A program made the position numbers and the translations under genes. The notes under the pieces were generated by a model. The model did no database searches. It was not told the DNA's origin and was given only the letters and a program-made list of their open reading frames with translations. Source: Nitrosopumilus sp. (lineage in GTDB: Archaea; Thermoproteota; Nitrososphaeria; Nitrososphaerales; Nitrosopumilaceae). From it: a stretch of DNA of 64,000 nt. The stretch spans positions 1,760,001-1,824,000 of the forward strand of contig OZ252243.1 in the NCBI GenBank assembly GCA_965249555.1. The letters run 5' to 3'. How positions within the stretch are numbered: position 1 is the stretch's first letter; each line of letters opens with the position of its first letter. Positions 10,193 to 22,031 of the stretch are shown piece after piece.

Positions 10193-11326
10193 TTACGCAA
10201 TCTCATTTCTGAGTTTTTTAGTAATTGTTACTTCTATATTATCAAACAATGTTAGCATCTTGTCTTTGTTATCTATAATGTAATCTTCGCCTCTATCTTT
10301 TAATCTAATCTTCCACAATCTTATCTCTCTGTGTTCGTCCAAGAACATTTCAATCATCTGTTCACCTGATTTTTCAATGTCTGTGAATTCTTCGAAAACA
10401 TTCAAAGTTTTCTCCACGTCTTCTTCTTCAATTGCTTCTCTTACTGATTGAATAGCCTGGCTAAGTTCTTTCAAATTCTTAACTGGTCTTGGTAATGTTT
10501 TTCTTGTAATTCCAAATAATCCCTTTCTTTCTTTACCTATTCTTTCTGCAACATTAGGTGCAAGATCATAAATTGGAATTTTACTTAGACCATCACGCTT
10601 TTCATTTTGTACTAAAAGTCCCTTCTCTAATAATTTTTTTAATCCTGTTTCTGCATCTACTCTATCAAGATATGTTGTCCAGACAATTGCACCAAGTGTG
10701 TGATATCCTTGTCTAACTGATTCTAAAACTACAACTTCTTGAATTCTCTTGAATCCTTCTTCTATTCTTACATTCTTAAAATCAAAGTCTCGAATTGATC
10801 TTCTAGCATTTTTAACATCAATTTCAATCGAACGTTTCAATGCTTCTAATGAGTCCGGTACTTGATTTAGTAATGATAAGAAACAAGCTTTGTTGTACCA
10901 AGCCATTCCATATGTTGGGTCTGATTCAATTGCTTTTTCAACTTCATCTAATGCTTTGGCATATTTTTTTTGTTCATAATGTACCAGTCCTTTAAGATTC
11001 CAAACTTCTGGATTTGTAACATCAATATCTAAAATTTTATCATATACTCTTAATGCTTCATTGTGCTCACCTAAATGAAATCTTGCATAACCTAACTTCA
11101 TCAAAGTCTCTACACTGTTAGGATCAATTCTTAGTGCTTGTTGAAATAACTCACAAGCCTCTTCTAGTTTTTCATCTGCCATGCGATTAATTCCTTTTTT
11201 GAATAATCTCTTACGATTATAGTCTGCATCAACTAGGCTGGTCTCTTTTACCTTGACTTTCTCTACTTTTGATTCCTCTACCTTTGATTTATTCCCGAAT
11301 GGCTTTTTCACTAGCTCAAAGTGCAA
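10193..11326 (-). CDS. Tetratricopeptide-repeat protein
   Basis: Several TPR units (e.g. ALRIDPNSVETLMKLG, EVWNLKGLV, AWYNKAC) followed by a wHTH-like and helical region. Confidence 0.85.
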   Translation of the reverse strand: MHFELVKKPFGNKSKVEESKVEKVKVKETSLVDADYNRKRLFKKGINRMADEKLEEACELFQQALRIDPNSVETLMKLGYARFHLGEHNEALRVYDKILDIDVTNPEVWNLKGLVHYEQKKYAKALDEVEKAIESDPTYGMAWYNKACFLSLLNQVPDSLEALKRSIEIDVKNARRSIRDFDFKNVRIEEGFKRIQEVVVLESVRQGYHTLGAIVWTTYLDRVDAETGLKKLLEKGLLVQNEKRDGLSKIPIYDLAPNVAERIGKERKGLFGITRKTLPRPVKNLKELSQAIQSVREAIEEEDVEKTLNVFEEFTDIEKSGEQMIEMFLDEHREIRLWKIRLKDRGEDYIIDNKDKMLTLFDNIEVTITKKLRNEIA

Positions 11327-11415
11327 TTTTATCTAGATAAATACTATCCTTAATGGGCTTGACTCTGTTTATGCTGTATTTCAAAAAAGCTCATGCGATC
11401 TAAATACAGAAATAC

Positions 11416-12927
<1,512 letters not shown>

Positions 12928-12949
12928 TCAGGTTGAATAGGTAATTACA

Positions 12950-13234
12950 ATGAGTGAAAAACCAACTAAAATTGAATTTGAAATATTAGATTACAAACGA
13001 TTAGAAAATGATTTTGTATCTTTCAAATTAGAAGATGGAACCGTCGTTAAAGTTAAAGTTGATTTGGATCGAGTTGGCAAAGCTACCAACTACAAAAACC
13101 CTGATGGGACTCCTCACTATGCGATTAGTACTGCCATCAAGCTATCAATTGTACCCCCTGATAAAAAATTCTCAGTAGAAAAGAAATCAGTTAAAGGAAC
13201 AAATACTCAACCTCCTGGACAAATGTTTAGTTAA
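12950..13234 (+). CDS. Hypothetical beta-rich protein
   Basis: 94-aa ORF, motif FKLEDGTVVKVK...NPDGTPHY; resembles the repeated domain of the pseudogene at 32832-33265. Confidence 0.75.
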   Translation: MSEKPTKIEFEILDYKRLENDFVSFKLEDGTVVKVKVDLDRVGKATNYKNPDGTPHYAISTAIKLSIVPPDKKFSVEKKSVKGTNTQPPGQMFS

Positions 13235-13302
13235 CACTAGTTTAGGATTTAGAAAAAGGAAAACAATTCGTCGTCTAAATGACGATTGTTAGTTTTACGA
13301 TA

Positions 13303-13578
13303 TTATCGTCTACGTTTAGCTGCTTTTCTTTTTGGAGCTGCTTTTCTTTTTGGAGCTGCTTTACGTTTAGCTGCTTTTCTTTTTGGAGCTGCTTTACGTT
13401 TAGCTGCTTTTCTTTTTGGAGCTGCTTTACGTTTAGCTGCTTTTCTTTTTGGAGCTGCTTTTCTTTTTGGAGCTGCTTTACGTTTAGCTGCTTTTCTTTT
13501 TGGAGCTGCTTTACGTTTAGCTGCTTTTCTTTTTGGAGCTGCTTTTCTTTTTGGAGCTGCTTTTCTTTTTGTAGCCAT
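13303..13578 (-). CDS. Lys/Arg/Ala-rich histone H1/Hc2-like nucleoid protein candidate
   Basis: MAT followed by KRKAAP/KRKAA repeats ending KRRR; this frame has ATG start and coherent basic composition, the overlapping frames are repeat shadows. Confidence 0.75.
   Translation of the reverse strand: MATKRKAAPKRKAAPKRKAAKRKAAPKRKAAKRKAAPKRKAAPKRKAAKRKAAPKRKAAKRKAAPKRKAAKRKAAPKRKAAPKRKAAKRRR
13312..13569. repeat. Coding tandem repeats of 18-bp and 15-bp units
   Basis: Units such as TGGAGCTGCTTTTCTTTT and AGCTGCTTTACGTTT repeated many times. Confidence 0.9.
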
Positions 13579-13693
13579 TGCTGAGTCGACATTTTCATTG
13601 TTTTTCAGTGGTTAAACTAAAAAAAATTACACAAATTGATAACAAATTATCAAGTGATTTTTTTTCATAAATTTTTTTTGATCGTAAAATTTT

Positions 13694-13897
13694 TCAATAA
13701 ACACTTTCCGCAGATGGTCTTCTTCCCTGTAACCAACTAGTTTTACCACAAATTGTGCATTTGTACTTCCTTCTACGCTTGTATGTGGCCATTTTTGGAA
13801 GAAAAATTAATTCTTGTTTTGTTTTTGTCATACAAAATGTGCACCATCTGTGCTCAATTTCCTGATTCATGTTACAATTTTTTGCATCATGTTCCAC
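13694..13897 (-). CDS. Small zinc-ribbon hypothetical protein
   Basis: CTFC and CTICG pairs, basic; follows the GTPase gene in the same orientation. Confidence 0.65.
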   Translation of the reverse strand: MEHDAKNCNMNQEIEHRWCTFCMTKTKQELIFLPKMATYKRRRKYKCTICGKTSWLQGRRPSAESVY

Positions 13898-14996
13898 GTT
13901 TCTTGATTATTGTTAATACGTCTTCATCAAGTAAAATATGACTCAATCCTACTCTTTGTCCTCCAAACTTTACACTTTTACCCCAAACCAAACTGTATCT
14001 GAATTCTCTTCTTAACCTTCGATGGAGTTTATTGCAAATATCTTCAACTGTATCTCCCTCTCTTGCAATTAGTGGCTCTTTAAAATCAGTTTCTCCGCCT
14101 TTTGGCCTCATGTAAATTCTAATGAATTTTAATTTCTCATAGATTTTTTCTTTAAGTAATTCAATGTTGATATCTGAATTTGCAGATACTTCGACTACTT
14201 GTGATTTTATTTTGGTCTTCAACTCTTTTAGAAACGCTTTGTCTACTAGATCTATTTTGTTTAAAACAGTGATAGCTTTTGAATAACTGATATTTCCAGC
14301 AACATGATCTGCTAATTGCTCTGATGTGATATTTTCTCTAATTACAACACGAGCACTAACTATTCCATAAAGATGTAAAATATCTTTAAGATGTTTCTCT
14401 GAAATTTTTGTTAGTCTTACTTGTTGCGCAACTGCAATTCCCCCCATTGGGGCTTTTTCAATTGTAATGTTTGGCGGTAACTGATTAAGTCTAATTCCAA
14501 TATTTCCTAATTCATTTATTAACACATCTTCATGATATGGCTGAAACACATCTAATAGAAGAATTACCAGGTCTGCTGTTCTTGCAACAGATAAAATTCT
14601 TTTTCCTAATCCTTTACCTGTAGATGCACCTTTGATAATTCCTGGAAGGTCTAAGACTTGGATTTTTGCACCTCTATATTCCATCATACCTGGAACAACT
14701 GTAAGTGTTGTAAACTGAAATGCCCCCACAGTAGATTTTGCTCCCGTCATTTTATTTAGTAAAGTAGATTTCCCAACACTTGGCAATCCAATAAACACAA
14801 CTGTAGCATCTCCTGTCCTCCTGACATCAAACCCATCTTGTTTCATGCCTGATTTTTTAATTACATTCTCTTCTTGCTCTCTTTTTAATTTCGCAATCTT
14901 TGCTTTGAGTAAACCAATGTGGTGCTCTGTTGCTTTGTTAATCTGAGTTTTTGCCATTTCGTCTTGAATGGCTTTGATTTTTTCAGGAATTCCCAA
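13887..14996 (-). CDS. drg: DRG/OBG-family GTP-binding protein with TGS domain
   Basis: GLPSVGKST, FTT, DLPG, NKID; N-terminal NKATEHHIGLLKAKIAKL; C-terminal TGS (VWGKSVKF). Confidence 0.93.
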   Translation of the reverse strand: MGIPEKIKAIQDEMAKTQINKATEHHIGLLKAKIAKLKREQEENVIKKSGMKQDGFDVRRTGDATVVFIGLPSVGKSTLLNKMTGAKSTVGAFQFTTLTVVPGMMEYRGAKIQVLDLPGIIKGASTGKGLGKRILSVARTADLVILLLDVFQPYHEDVLINELGNIGIRLNQLPPNITIEKAPMGGIAVAQQVRLTKISEKHLKDILHLYGIVSARVVIRENITSEQLADHVAGNISYSKAITVLNKIDLVDKAFLKELKTKIKSQVVEVSANSDINIELLKEKIYEKLKFIRIYMRPKGGETDFKEPLIAREGDTVEDICNKLHRRLRREFRYSLVWGKSVKFGGQRVGLSHILLDEDVLTIIKKRGT

Positions 14997-15086
14997 TACT
15001 GTTCATCTCCTGCAACATTCTTTTCAAATAAAACCGTACTACTTTACTTACGCAGCAAATATTATTCGGTTTGTAAAACAATTTGT

Positions 15087-15782
15087 ATGAAAAAGAGAAC
15101 GTTTGCAGTGGATATTGATGGCACGATTACTGAAAACGGTGGGGGTAGAATACATCTGGATGCACTTGAAGCGTTAAGGCATCTAACTAAAATGGGGCAT
15201 AACGTGATTTTTGTAACTGGCCGCTCATCTGTTGAAGGATTCTTACTATCTGTGTTTGGTGGAACTACACAGATCTCTGTTGGTGAAAATGGTGGATGTA
15301 TTACCCTTGATACTAATGAGCATATTTTGTTGGGTAATCTTGAAGAATGCAAAAATGCATTTCAAGTTATCAAAAACAATATTGATAATGTTAAAGAAAA
15401 ACCTGTTTTTCCTAGAATGACTGAAGTCGTTTTAGAAAGAACATTTGATCTAGATCTTGCAAGAAAGGTCATATCTGAAAATAATCTTAACATCGAACTA
15501 TCTGATAGTCAGTATGCTTTTCACATCAATTCTTCTGGAATTGACAAAGGCACAGGATTCAGTGAAATCATGAAGAAATTCTCTATTTCACGCGATGATG
15601 TGATAGCCATTGGAGACAGCGCAACTGATATTCCATTGTTTAAGGTAGCAAAAACCAGTATTGCTTTGGGAAATGCATCTGATCAAGTAAAATCTGAAGC
15701 TACAATAGTAGTTTCTGCAAATGCAGGTGATGGTGTTCTTGAGGCACTAGATAAATTAGCACCTAAATTATCTGAGATATAA
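15087..15782 (+). CDS. Archaeal phosphoglycolate phosphatase (HAD IIB)
   Basis: DIDGTIT, VTGR, ENGG, DKG, IGDSATD; true start ATG at 15087, not 14919. Confidence 0.87.
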   Translation: MKKRTFAVDIDGTITENGGGRIHLDALEALRHLTKMGHNVIFVTGRSSVEGFLLSVFGGTTQISVGENGGCITLDTNEHILLGNLEECKNAFQVIKNNIDNVKEKPVFPRMTEVVLERTFDLDLARKVISENNLNIELSDSQYAFHINSSGIDKGTGFSEIMKKFSISRDDVIAIGDSATDIPLFKVAKTSIALGNASDQVKSEATIVVSANAGDGVLEALDKLAPKLSEI

Positions 15783-15783
15783 G

Positions 15784-17670
15784 ATGACATTCAAATCAGT
15801 TATTGATGAAATTGAAAATAACCTTAACAAGATACTCGGAGATCTTTCAATATCTGGTGTAATATTCACTGTCGAGCCTGCAAAACCTGGTTTTGGTGAT
15901 GTTAGCTCAAATGTTTCATTTTTACTTTCAAAACAACTCAAAAAAAGTCCTAAAGATATTGCAGAGATGTTGTCTGAAAAATATCAACAATGTACTAATA
16001 CACTTGTATTAAAAACTGCAGCACATCCATCAGGATATTTGAATTTCTTTGCTAACTGGAAGAAATTAAACCAATTAATTCTCTCTGAATCACATCTTCC
16101 TGAATTTGGTGATGTTGATATTGGAAAGAATTCTACAATTGTAGTTGAACATACGAGTGTAAATCCTAACAAGGCTCTTCACATAGGTCACATTAGAAAT
16201 ATTATCATTGGTGATACTGTCTCTAGAATTCTAAAAAAAGCAAATTACAAAGTTAATGTTTTAAACTATATTGATGATTCTGGACTTCAAGTTGCTGATA
16301 TCATAGTTGGATTCAAGCATCTTGGCTTTGATCAAGAATCTCCTGATGGAAAGAAATTTGATCATTATTGTGGTGATGACGTATATGTCAAAACCACTGA
16401 AAAATACGAGTCAGATTCTGGTCTTGAAGAGATTAGAAAAAATATTCTTAAAGAACTTGAAGATGGTAATTCTGAAACTGCTAAATTTGCAGATAAAATC
16501 ACACGTAGAGTTTTGGCAAATCAACTAGAAACATGTTGGAATCTGTCTGTTTCTTATGATTGTCTTAATTTTGAATCTCAGATAATCCGTTCAGGATTAT
16601 GGGATAAAATCTTTGAAAAGATCAAAGAAATGAACCTAGTAGAATTTGAAGATGAAGGTAAGAATGCAGGATGTTGGGTAATCCGTGGTGAGAATAAAGA
16701 GGAAGATAAGGTAATTGTACGAAGTAATGGAACTGCAACGTACATTGCTAAAGATATTCCATATGCTGCCTGGAAATTAGGATTAGTTGATGACCCTTTC
16801 CATTATCAGAAATATGACAAAGAGCAACCCCGTTCACGAGTTTTGTGGCAAACAACTTTGGACGCTAACAATGAATCTGCCCAAAACTTTACTGGCCAAA
16901 AAGTAATCACTGTAATTGATTCAAGACAAGCAAGATTACAAAAAATTGTCACATCATTAATGGCCAAATTCAAGTCAGTCCCTGATGCATATGTCCATCT
17001 TGGGTATGAATCAGTTACCCTAAGTTCTGAAACTGCAAAAGTTCTTGGTTTGAATACTGATGGAAAACAAGCTCAGATGTCTGGCAGAAAGGGACTGTAT
17101 GTAAATGCTGATTCTGTGTATGATTTACTAAAAGAAAAAACAAAAGATGAAACAAAGAAGCGACATCCTGAAATGGATTCATCTGATGTTGAGAAAATTG
17201 CCCACAATGTTGCAGTTGGAACTTTACGTTATGAAATGATAAAACAAGATTTAGACAAAATAATTGCTTTTGATTTAACAAAATCTCTTAGTTTGGATGG
17301 GGATACTGCACCATACATACAATATACTCACGCAAGGGCTGCAAGAATATTAGAAAAATCTGAACGCACTCCTTCAATTGATGTTGATTTTTCTTTGCTA
17401 AAAGAGCAATCCGAACTTAATTTGATTAAAACAATTGGCATGTTTGATATGCAAGTTCGTGATGCGGTAAACAATCTATCTCCAAAAGTTATTGCAAGAT
17501 ACTGTCATGATTTGGCAGTTGCATTCAATTCATTTTATGAGCATGTCAAGGTTTTGGAATTGGGTGATGAAGCCTTGGAGAATTCTCGTCTTTGTATTGT
17601 AGATTCATTTAAAATCACACTTGAAAAGGCACTAGATCTTCTTGGTATAGTTGCACCTGATAGAATGTAA
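15784..17670 (+). CDS. argS: Arginyl-tRNA synthetase
   Basis: EHTSVNPNKALHIGHIRN (HIGH), MSGRKG, YIQYTHAR, C-terminal PDRM. Confidence 0.96.
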   Translation: MTFKSVIDEIENNLNKILGDLSISGVIFTVEPAKPGFGDVSSNVSFLLSKQLKKSPKDIAEMLSEKYQQCTNTLVLKTAAHPSGYLNFFANWKKLNQLILSESHLPEFGDVDIGKNSTIVVEHTSVNPNKALHIGHIRNIIIGDTVSRILKKANYKVNVLNYIDDSGLQVADIIVGFKHLGFDQESPDGKKFDHYCGDDVYVKTTEKYESDSGLEEIRKNILKELEDGNSETAKFADKITRRVLANQLETCWNLSVSYDCLNFESQIIRSGLWDKIFEKIKEMNLVEFEDEGKNAGCWVIRGENKEEDKVIVRSNGTATYIAKDIPYAAWKLGLVDDPFHYQKYDKEQPRSRVLWQTTLDANNESAQNFTGQKVITVIDSRQARLQKIVTSLMAKFKSVPDAYVHLGYESVTLSSETAKVLGLNTDGKQAQMSGRKGLYVNADSVYDLLKEKTKDETKKRHPEMDSSDVEKIAHNVAVGTLRYEMIKQDLDKIIAFDLTKSLSLDGDTAPYIQYTHARAARILEKSERTPSIDVDFSLLKEQSELNLIKTIGMFDMQVRDAVNNLSPKVIARYCHDLAVAFNSFYEHVKVLELGDEALENSRLCIVDSFKITLEKALDLLGIVAPDRM

Positions 17671-17772
17671 ATCCCAGAGAGTATACAACATGAATGCTGT
17701 TCCTCTCTGGTTTGTTGGCGTGCAAACCAATTACTGTTAAGAGAATTGTTTTAAGCCAATAAACCTTTACCA

Positions 17773-18901
17773 GTGTTGTCTGAGTTAACTGATAAAATCA
17801 CAATATCTGAATCAAATCTGTCAAATGCAACAAAGAAAGACGATGATTTCAGGTTAGGGCAATTCTATAGGATCTCTCCAGTCAAATCAGACGATGAGCT
17901 AATTGATTGTCCAACTGACGAATTCCAAAAAATTCTAGTATCTTACACTAGATACTTGTTAAAGCGTGTCAACAATGATGATTTATCAGCAAATACTGTT
18001 CCCAAGATGTTTCGAGGTATTAGATGGCTGTTAAACTCCAATTATCGTGAAAATGACATCAAATGGAAGGCCTATTGAGGCTTTATTTCCAAAGTCAGTA
18101 AAGCGTACAGGTTACAAAGCATGGACTACAGAGCAGGTAGCCATAATGCTGGAGCACACAGGTAACCTGCGAAATAGGGCATTGATTCGCTTTCTAGCAT
18201 CTACTGGTGCAAGAGTTGGTATCCATGATCATCCCTTATTGGTAAAGCACCTAACCATGATGGATTGGAATGGACATGGTTGCTATGCTGTATTACTATA
18301 TGCTGATTATGATGAAACAGTAGAAGAAAGAGATTTGAGAGATAAACAAGATGATGTACAAAGTGGTGATTCATATTGGTCTTTTCTAACACCTGAAGCC
18401 ACTGAATCCCTTGACAAGTATTTTACAGAACGCAAAAGAGCAGGTGAATTCTTTGATGATAACACTCCAATCTTTCTAAAGGACAAACAAAGAGTGTATC
18501 TTGATTCAAAGCAACTGTCTGATACCAATGTTACTTCTATTCTCTTTAGAATAATCAAAGGTATGCCAGAATTAGACAGAATAAAGAAAGGAAGAGGACA
18601 TGACATTCAGATTAATCATGATTTTAGAAAAAGAATGAATACTATACTAAAGCTAGAATCAAAGATTAATTCCAATGTTGCAGAAAAGATACTAGGACAC
18701 AAGAACGGATTGGATGATGTTTATTTGGCACCTACCAGACAAGAATGTTTTATAGAGTTCTGCAAAGGTATTACACAATTAACGATTTCTGATATACAAA
18801 GACAAAAGATAACAATCAAACAACTAGAAGATGATAAAACACAACTTGATCAACTCAAAGCAGAGATAAAAGAAAATACTTCAAAATCTATCAGAAAATG
18901 A
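17773..18901 (+). pseudogene. Tyrosine recombinase/integrase, frameshifted
   Basis: Catalytic motifs STGAR, HDFRK, LGH and Y (DDVY). Removing one G at about 18069-18070 joins the two ORFs as ...DIKWKPIEALFPK.... Confidence 0.85.
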
Positions 18902-19086
18902 TCATGATGTGATTATTAATTTAGTAAATGACATGCAAGGTCAATCAGATAGGCAAATAGAACTAATTGCGATGATTAATGATTTACGACAAGAAGTTTA
19001 CCAATTAAAGGAATTAGAACACTAGTTTAGATTATTTTTCTAATTTCTCTGCAAAAATCGAACTAAAAATATTATGTCATATTTGT

Positions 19087-19197
19087 GCCTAAATTTGGGT
19101 ATGAAATTGGGTATGATTGGGTATGATTGGGTAAATTTTAGGCGTAAATCATACCATACTTGCTCATTTCCTATACTCCTTTTGGGTATGGTATGAT
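19087..19197. repeat. TTGGGTATGA direct repeats plus nested inverted repeats
   Basis: TTGGGTA(TGA) x4 at 19095-19133 within GCCTAAATTT/AAATTTTAGGC; perfect 12-bp inverted repeat ATCATACCATAC (19148-19159) / GTATGGTATGAT (19186-19197). Confidence 0.8.
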
Positions 19198-19586
19198 GAG
19201 TAAATTATAATTTTAGAAAATATTTTCTTATCATTAAAAACTTGTAAGACATGATCAATACCAATCTCACACATGTGACACATTTCAAATAAAACATTGT
19301 CTTAGACGCCAAAATACGTTTAACAAATTTTGACATGCTAACTGCAAGAGATTTGAACCAATCATGCAATTCCCTATGAGATATTTAGTGACTAAATCTC
19401 AACAGATTTACACACTAAATTTTGAAAATTTCTATGAAAAATGAATTATAAATTGTTGAGGAATATTTCTTAACATGCACTAATCATAATAATTTAGTCT
19501 CAAATTAGTGCAAAACTATATAAATATAAGCAGTATAATAATACTAAATGGATATCACTTCTATAAATCTATTAAATTCATTGGTA

Positions 19587-20678
19587 TAGCGAAGAGTCAA
19601 AGTTCGTGAACTAAAAATCATCAAAACAAAACACTTTTTGATCACCACACACAATGAAACACATGAACAAGTTAGAACAGCTTGAAGCAGCATACAAAAA
19701 GGAAAACTTCAAAGATATAGTCAGGATGCTTGCAGTACTAATGGTTCTCAAAGATGGCAAGGAATTAGAGTACACCGCACAAACACTGCACCGCTGTACA
19801 AACTGGGTACGCAAATGGGTTGATCGTTTTAACGTAGATGGCCTTGATGGCCTCTACGATCACCCAAGGAGTGAAAGACCATGTGTAATCCCAAAGAAGC
19901 AAATGAATTCTATTATGTTCAAAATTATGTTGACACTATTTACACCTGTAATGCTGCAGCAGACAATATTTGATTCTACTGGAATAAAATTTCACATAAC
20001 ACATGTCAGAAAAATAATGCGCCAGTATGGAATGTCTGCTAAAACTGCACAAAAATATCACGTTAATCATGCAAGTGTAACGGCTGTGCGCAGCTGGGCA
20101 GCAACGCATGAAAAAGAGAATTCCACGCCTAAAAAAGAGTGGATTCACCATTGCAATGCTTGATGAGGCATTCTTTGTTAGGGATGTAAAAGCAGGACGA
20201 AAATATTGGTCACCAGTTGCCAAAAGAATATTTCTCCCATATGTGGGAAACCATGAAAGTTTGGCAGTGTATGGAACAATTACAATCAATGGAGACCAAC
20301 TGTTTAGAATTTATAAAAAATTCAACGGTATAACATTTGTAGAATATCTAAAAGAGTTGCACTACAAATATGGTAAAATTGCGTTGATACTTGACAGGGC
20401 ATCAGTGCACAAATCAAAGAAGGTCAAGGACTTTTTGACAGATAATCCAGATGTTAAACTGATTTGGCTACCAAAAGGACCCACCATATCTAAACATGAT
20501 AGAGCAGTGTTGGAAAATAGGCAAGCATGTGTTGTTGGTATCAGAATATTATGCAATGTTTACAATAATGAATAATGCAGTGTCACAATACTTTGGAACA
20601 AAAAAATTCAAACTTGATGTTGTTAATTATATTTTTAGAAATCCTGCAAAGATGTTCACGAACTTTTGATCGTCGCTA
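19587..20678 (+). mobile_element. IS630-family insertion sequence
   Basis: Terminal inverted repeats TATAGCGAAGAGTCAAAGTTCGTGAAC (19585-19611) and 20654-20680 match at 23/27; TA target duplication at 19585-86 and 20679-80. Confidence 0.92.
19654..20668 (+). pseudogene. IS630 transposase (HTH + DDE), two frameshifts
   Basis: HTH (WVRKWVDRFNVDGLDGLYDHPRS), DDE (LDEA, LDRASVH, PYLNMIE in the shifted frame); +1 indels near 20097 (GGG) and 20480 (CCC). The 3' end is approximate. Confidence 0.85.
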
Positions 20679-21268
20679 TATCACAAATTAAAAGAATTAA
20701 AATCAAAGATATTTTTGATCAAGAAAAATTTAACACTCTTGCTAAAAATCAAAAGTTTTTTTCACTATTAACAAATGTCAAAAATCTTTATTCTAGTCCT
20801 GAGTTTAACAAAGCATCCCCAAGAGTTATTGTAACGATTACTAAAAAAATTAGGATGATTGTAAAGAAATCTTTGAAAGAACATGAAAAATATAATCTTA
20901 AAGAAACTGATCTTGAAAAATTAATGTCAATTTCTAAAATTTTGTTAGATTGTTTGAATTACATCAATCAACTTAGTGAAAAGAAGATGACAGATACAAT
21001 ACAATTTGAAGTTGAAAATGAAATTGAAATTATGGAATTAATATTAAAACAATATCCTGAAACGACTTCTATGATAAAGGGATATGAATTCAATCCAAAC
21101 GATTATTTCAAGATTATATACGAAAATGCCTTGCATTCAGCTTATTCTATGTCTCTATTTGTTCTAGGTCGTAAATGGTGGTAATTAATAATAAAATTGA
21201 AAAAAGAAATACTTGATCAGTTTAATTTTTGAAAGATGGCTAGAAAAATGAACCATCAATTGCAGAAT

Positions 21269-21463
21269 TTATTGCTTGGATTTATTCAAATTACGTAAAA
21301 AATTTAGTAATTCAAAAAGTGTTGCTCTTCCATTATGATCAACATTGTCAAAATCATTTAAAAAATCATATGCATATTTATCGTCATAATTCCATATAGC
21401 ACTTAATCCCAATCTAAAATCGTATATATTTAACAATTGATTTGTTGATGATTCTATTGTCAT
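21269..21463 (-). CDS. Short hypothetical ORF or gene fragment
   Basis: 64-aa ORF with ATG start; no motif. Confidence 0.3.
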   Translation of the reverse strand: MTIESSTNQLLNIYDFRLGLSAIWNYDDKYAYDFLNDFDNVDHNGRATLFELLNFLRNLNKSKQ

Positions 21464-21503
21464 TCATTTAAACATATAAGACATTTTTTTCCAGTAAAAG
21501 AAA

Positions 21504-22031
21504 ATGGTTGAGAAACTTAAACCTCTACGTGATATTATTAAAAAAAATTTAAGAATATTATTTGTTGGAACTCGACCCGGAATTCGTTCATCGAAAACGG
21601 GCCATTATTTCCCAGGAAATTCTAATATGTTTTGGAAATTATTGTATCAATCAAAATTAACTGGAGAAATGCTTTCACATAAACAGGACTCAAAATTAAT
21701 TGAGTATAATTATGGTCTTACAGATATAGTGAAAAAACCAAAAATAAGTAACACGATTAATTTTACAGATACTCTTGATAGCACTAATAGATTAAATAGA
21801 TTATTAATCAAATTTCAACCCAAAATAGTATCTTTTGTTGGAAAAAGAGGATATCAGATTTACACTCAAAGACTAACTCAAAAATATGAATATGGATATA
21901 AAGGAAAATATTACAAAACCAGAATATGTCTTATCCCATCATCTAGTGGACAAAGTTATGCAGATACATCATATGATGAGAAATTACATTGGTATAAATC
22001 ACTTAAACGATATCTTGAAACTTTTTCTTAA
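21504..22031 (+). CDS. MUG/TDG-family mismatch-specific DNA glycosylase paralog lacking the catalytic Asn
   Basis: LFVGTRPG (canonical GxNPG), GHYF, NMFWKLL, GLTDIV, IPSSSG. Confidence 0.85.
   Translation: MVEKLKPLRDIIKKNLRILFVGTRPGIRSSKTGHYFPGNSNMFWKLLYQSKLTGEMLSHKQDSKLIEYNYGLTDIVKKPKISNTINFTDTLDSTNRLNRLLIKFQPKIVSFVGKRGYQIYTQRLTQKYEYGYKGKYYKTRICLIPSSSGQSYADTSYDEKLHWYKSLKRYLETFS

Larger units (their letters stand above)
19548..21184 (+). pseudogene. Hypothetical helical protein interrupted by IS630 after codon 13
   Basis: Removing the IS and one TA gives the in-frame MDITSINLLNSLV-SQIKRIKIKDIFDQEKF...; TATA-like TATATAAATA about 25-30 nt upstream; similar to the C-terminus of 62078..63265. 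Confidence 0.8.

Noticed and set aside
13275-13615. Alternative ORFs over the KRKAAP repeat (QKEKQL, FSCFSFW and AAFLFG frames)
   Set aside because: These are stop-free shadows of a tandem repeat with units divisible by three.
14919-15086. N-terminal extension of the phosphoglycolate phosphatase ORF
   Set aside because: It overlaps the divergent GTPase gene, and HAD motif I begins just after ATG 15087.
17671-17772. tRNA or att site beside the integrase
   Set aside because: No cloverleaf or T-loop motif, and I could not find a duplicated argS 3' end at the other side of the island.
19095-19133. Short repeats as a CRISPR array
   Set aside because: Units are only 10-12 bp with no unique spacers, and no cas genes are present.
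20090-20165. Programmed -1 frameshift in the IS630 transposase
   Set aside because: The break is best explained by an extra G in TGGG with no slippery motif at that point, and a second indel disrupts the DDE region, so I treat it as decay.
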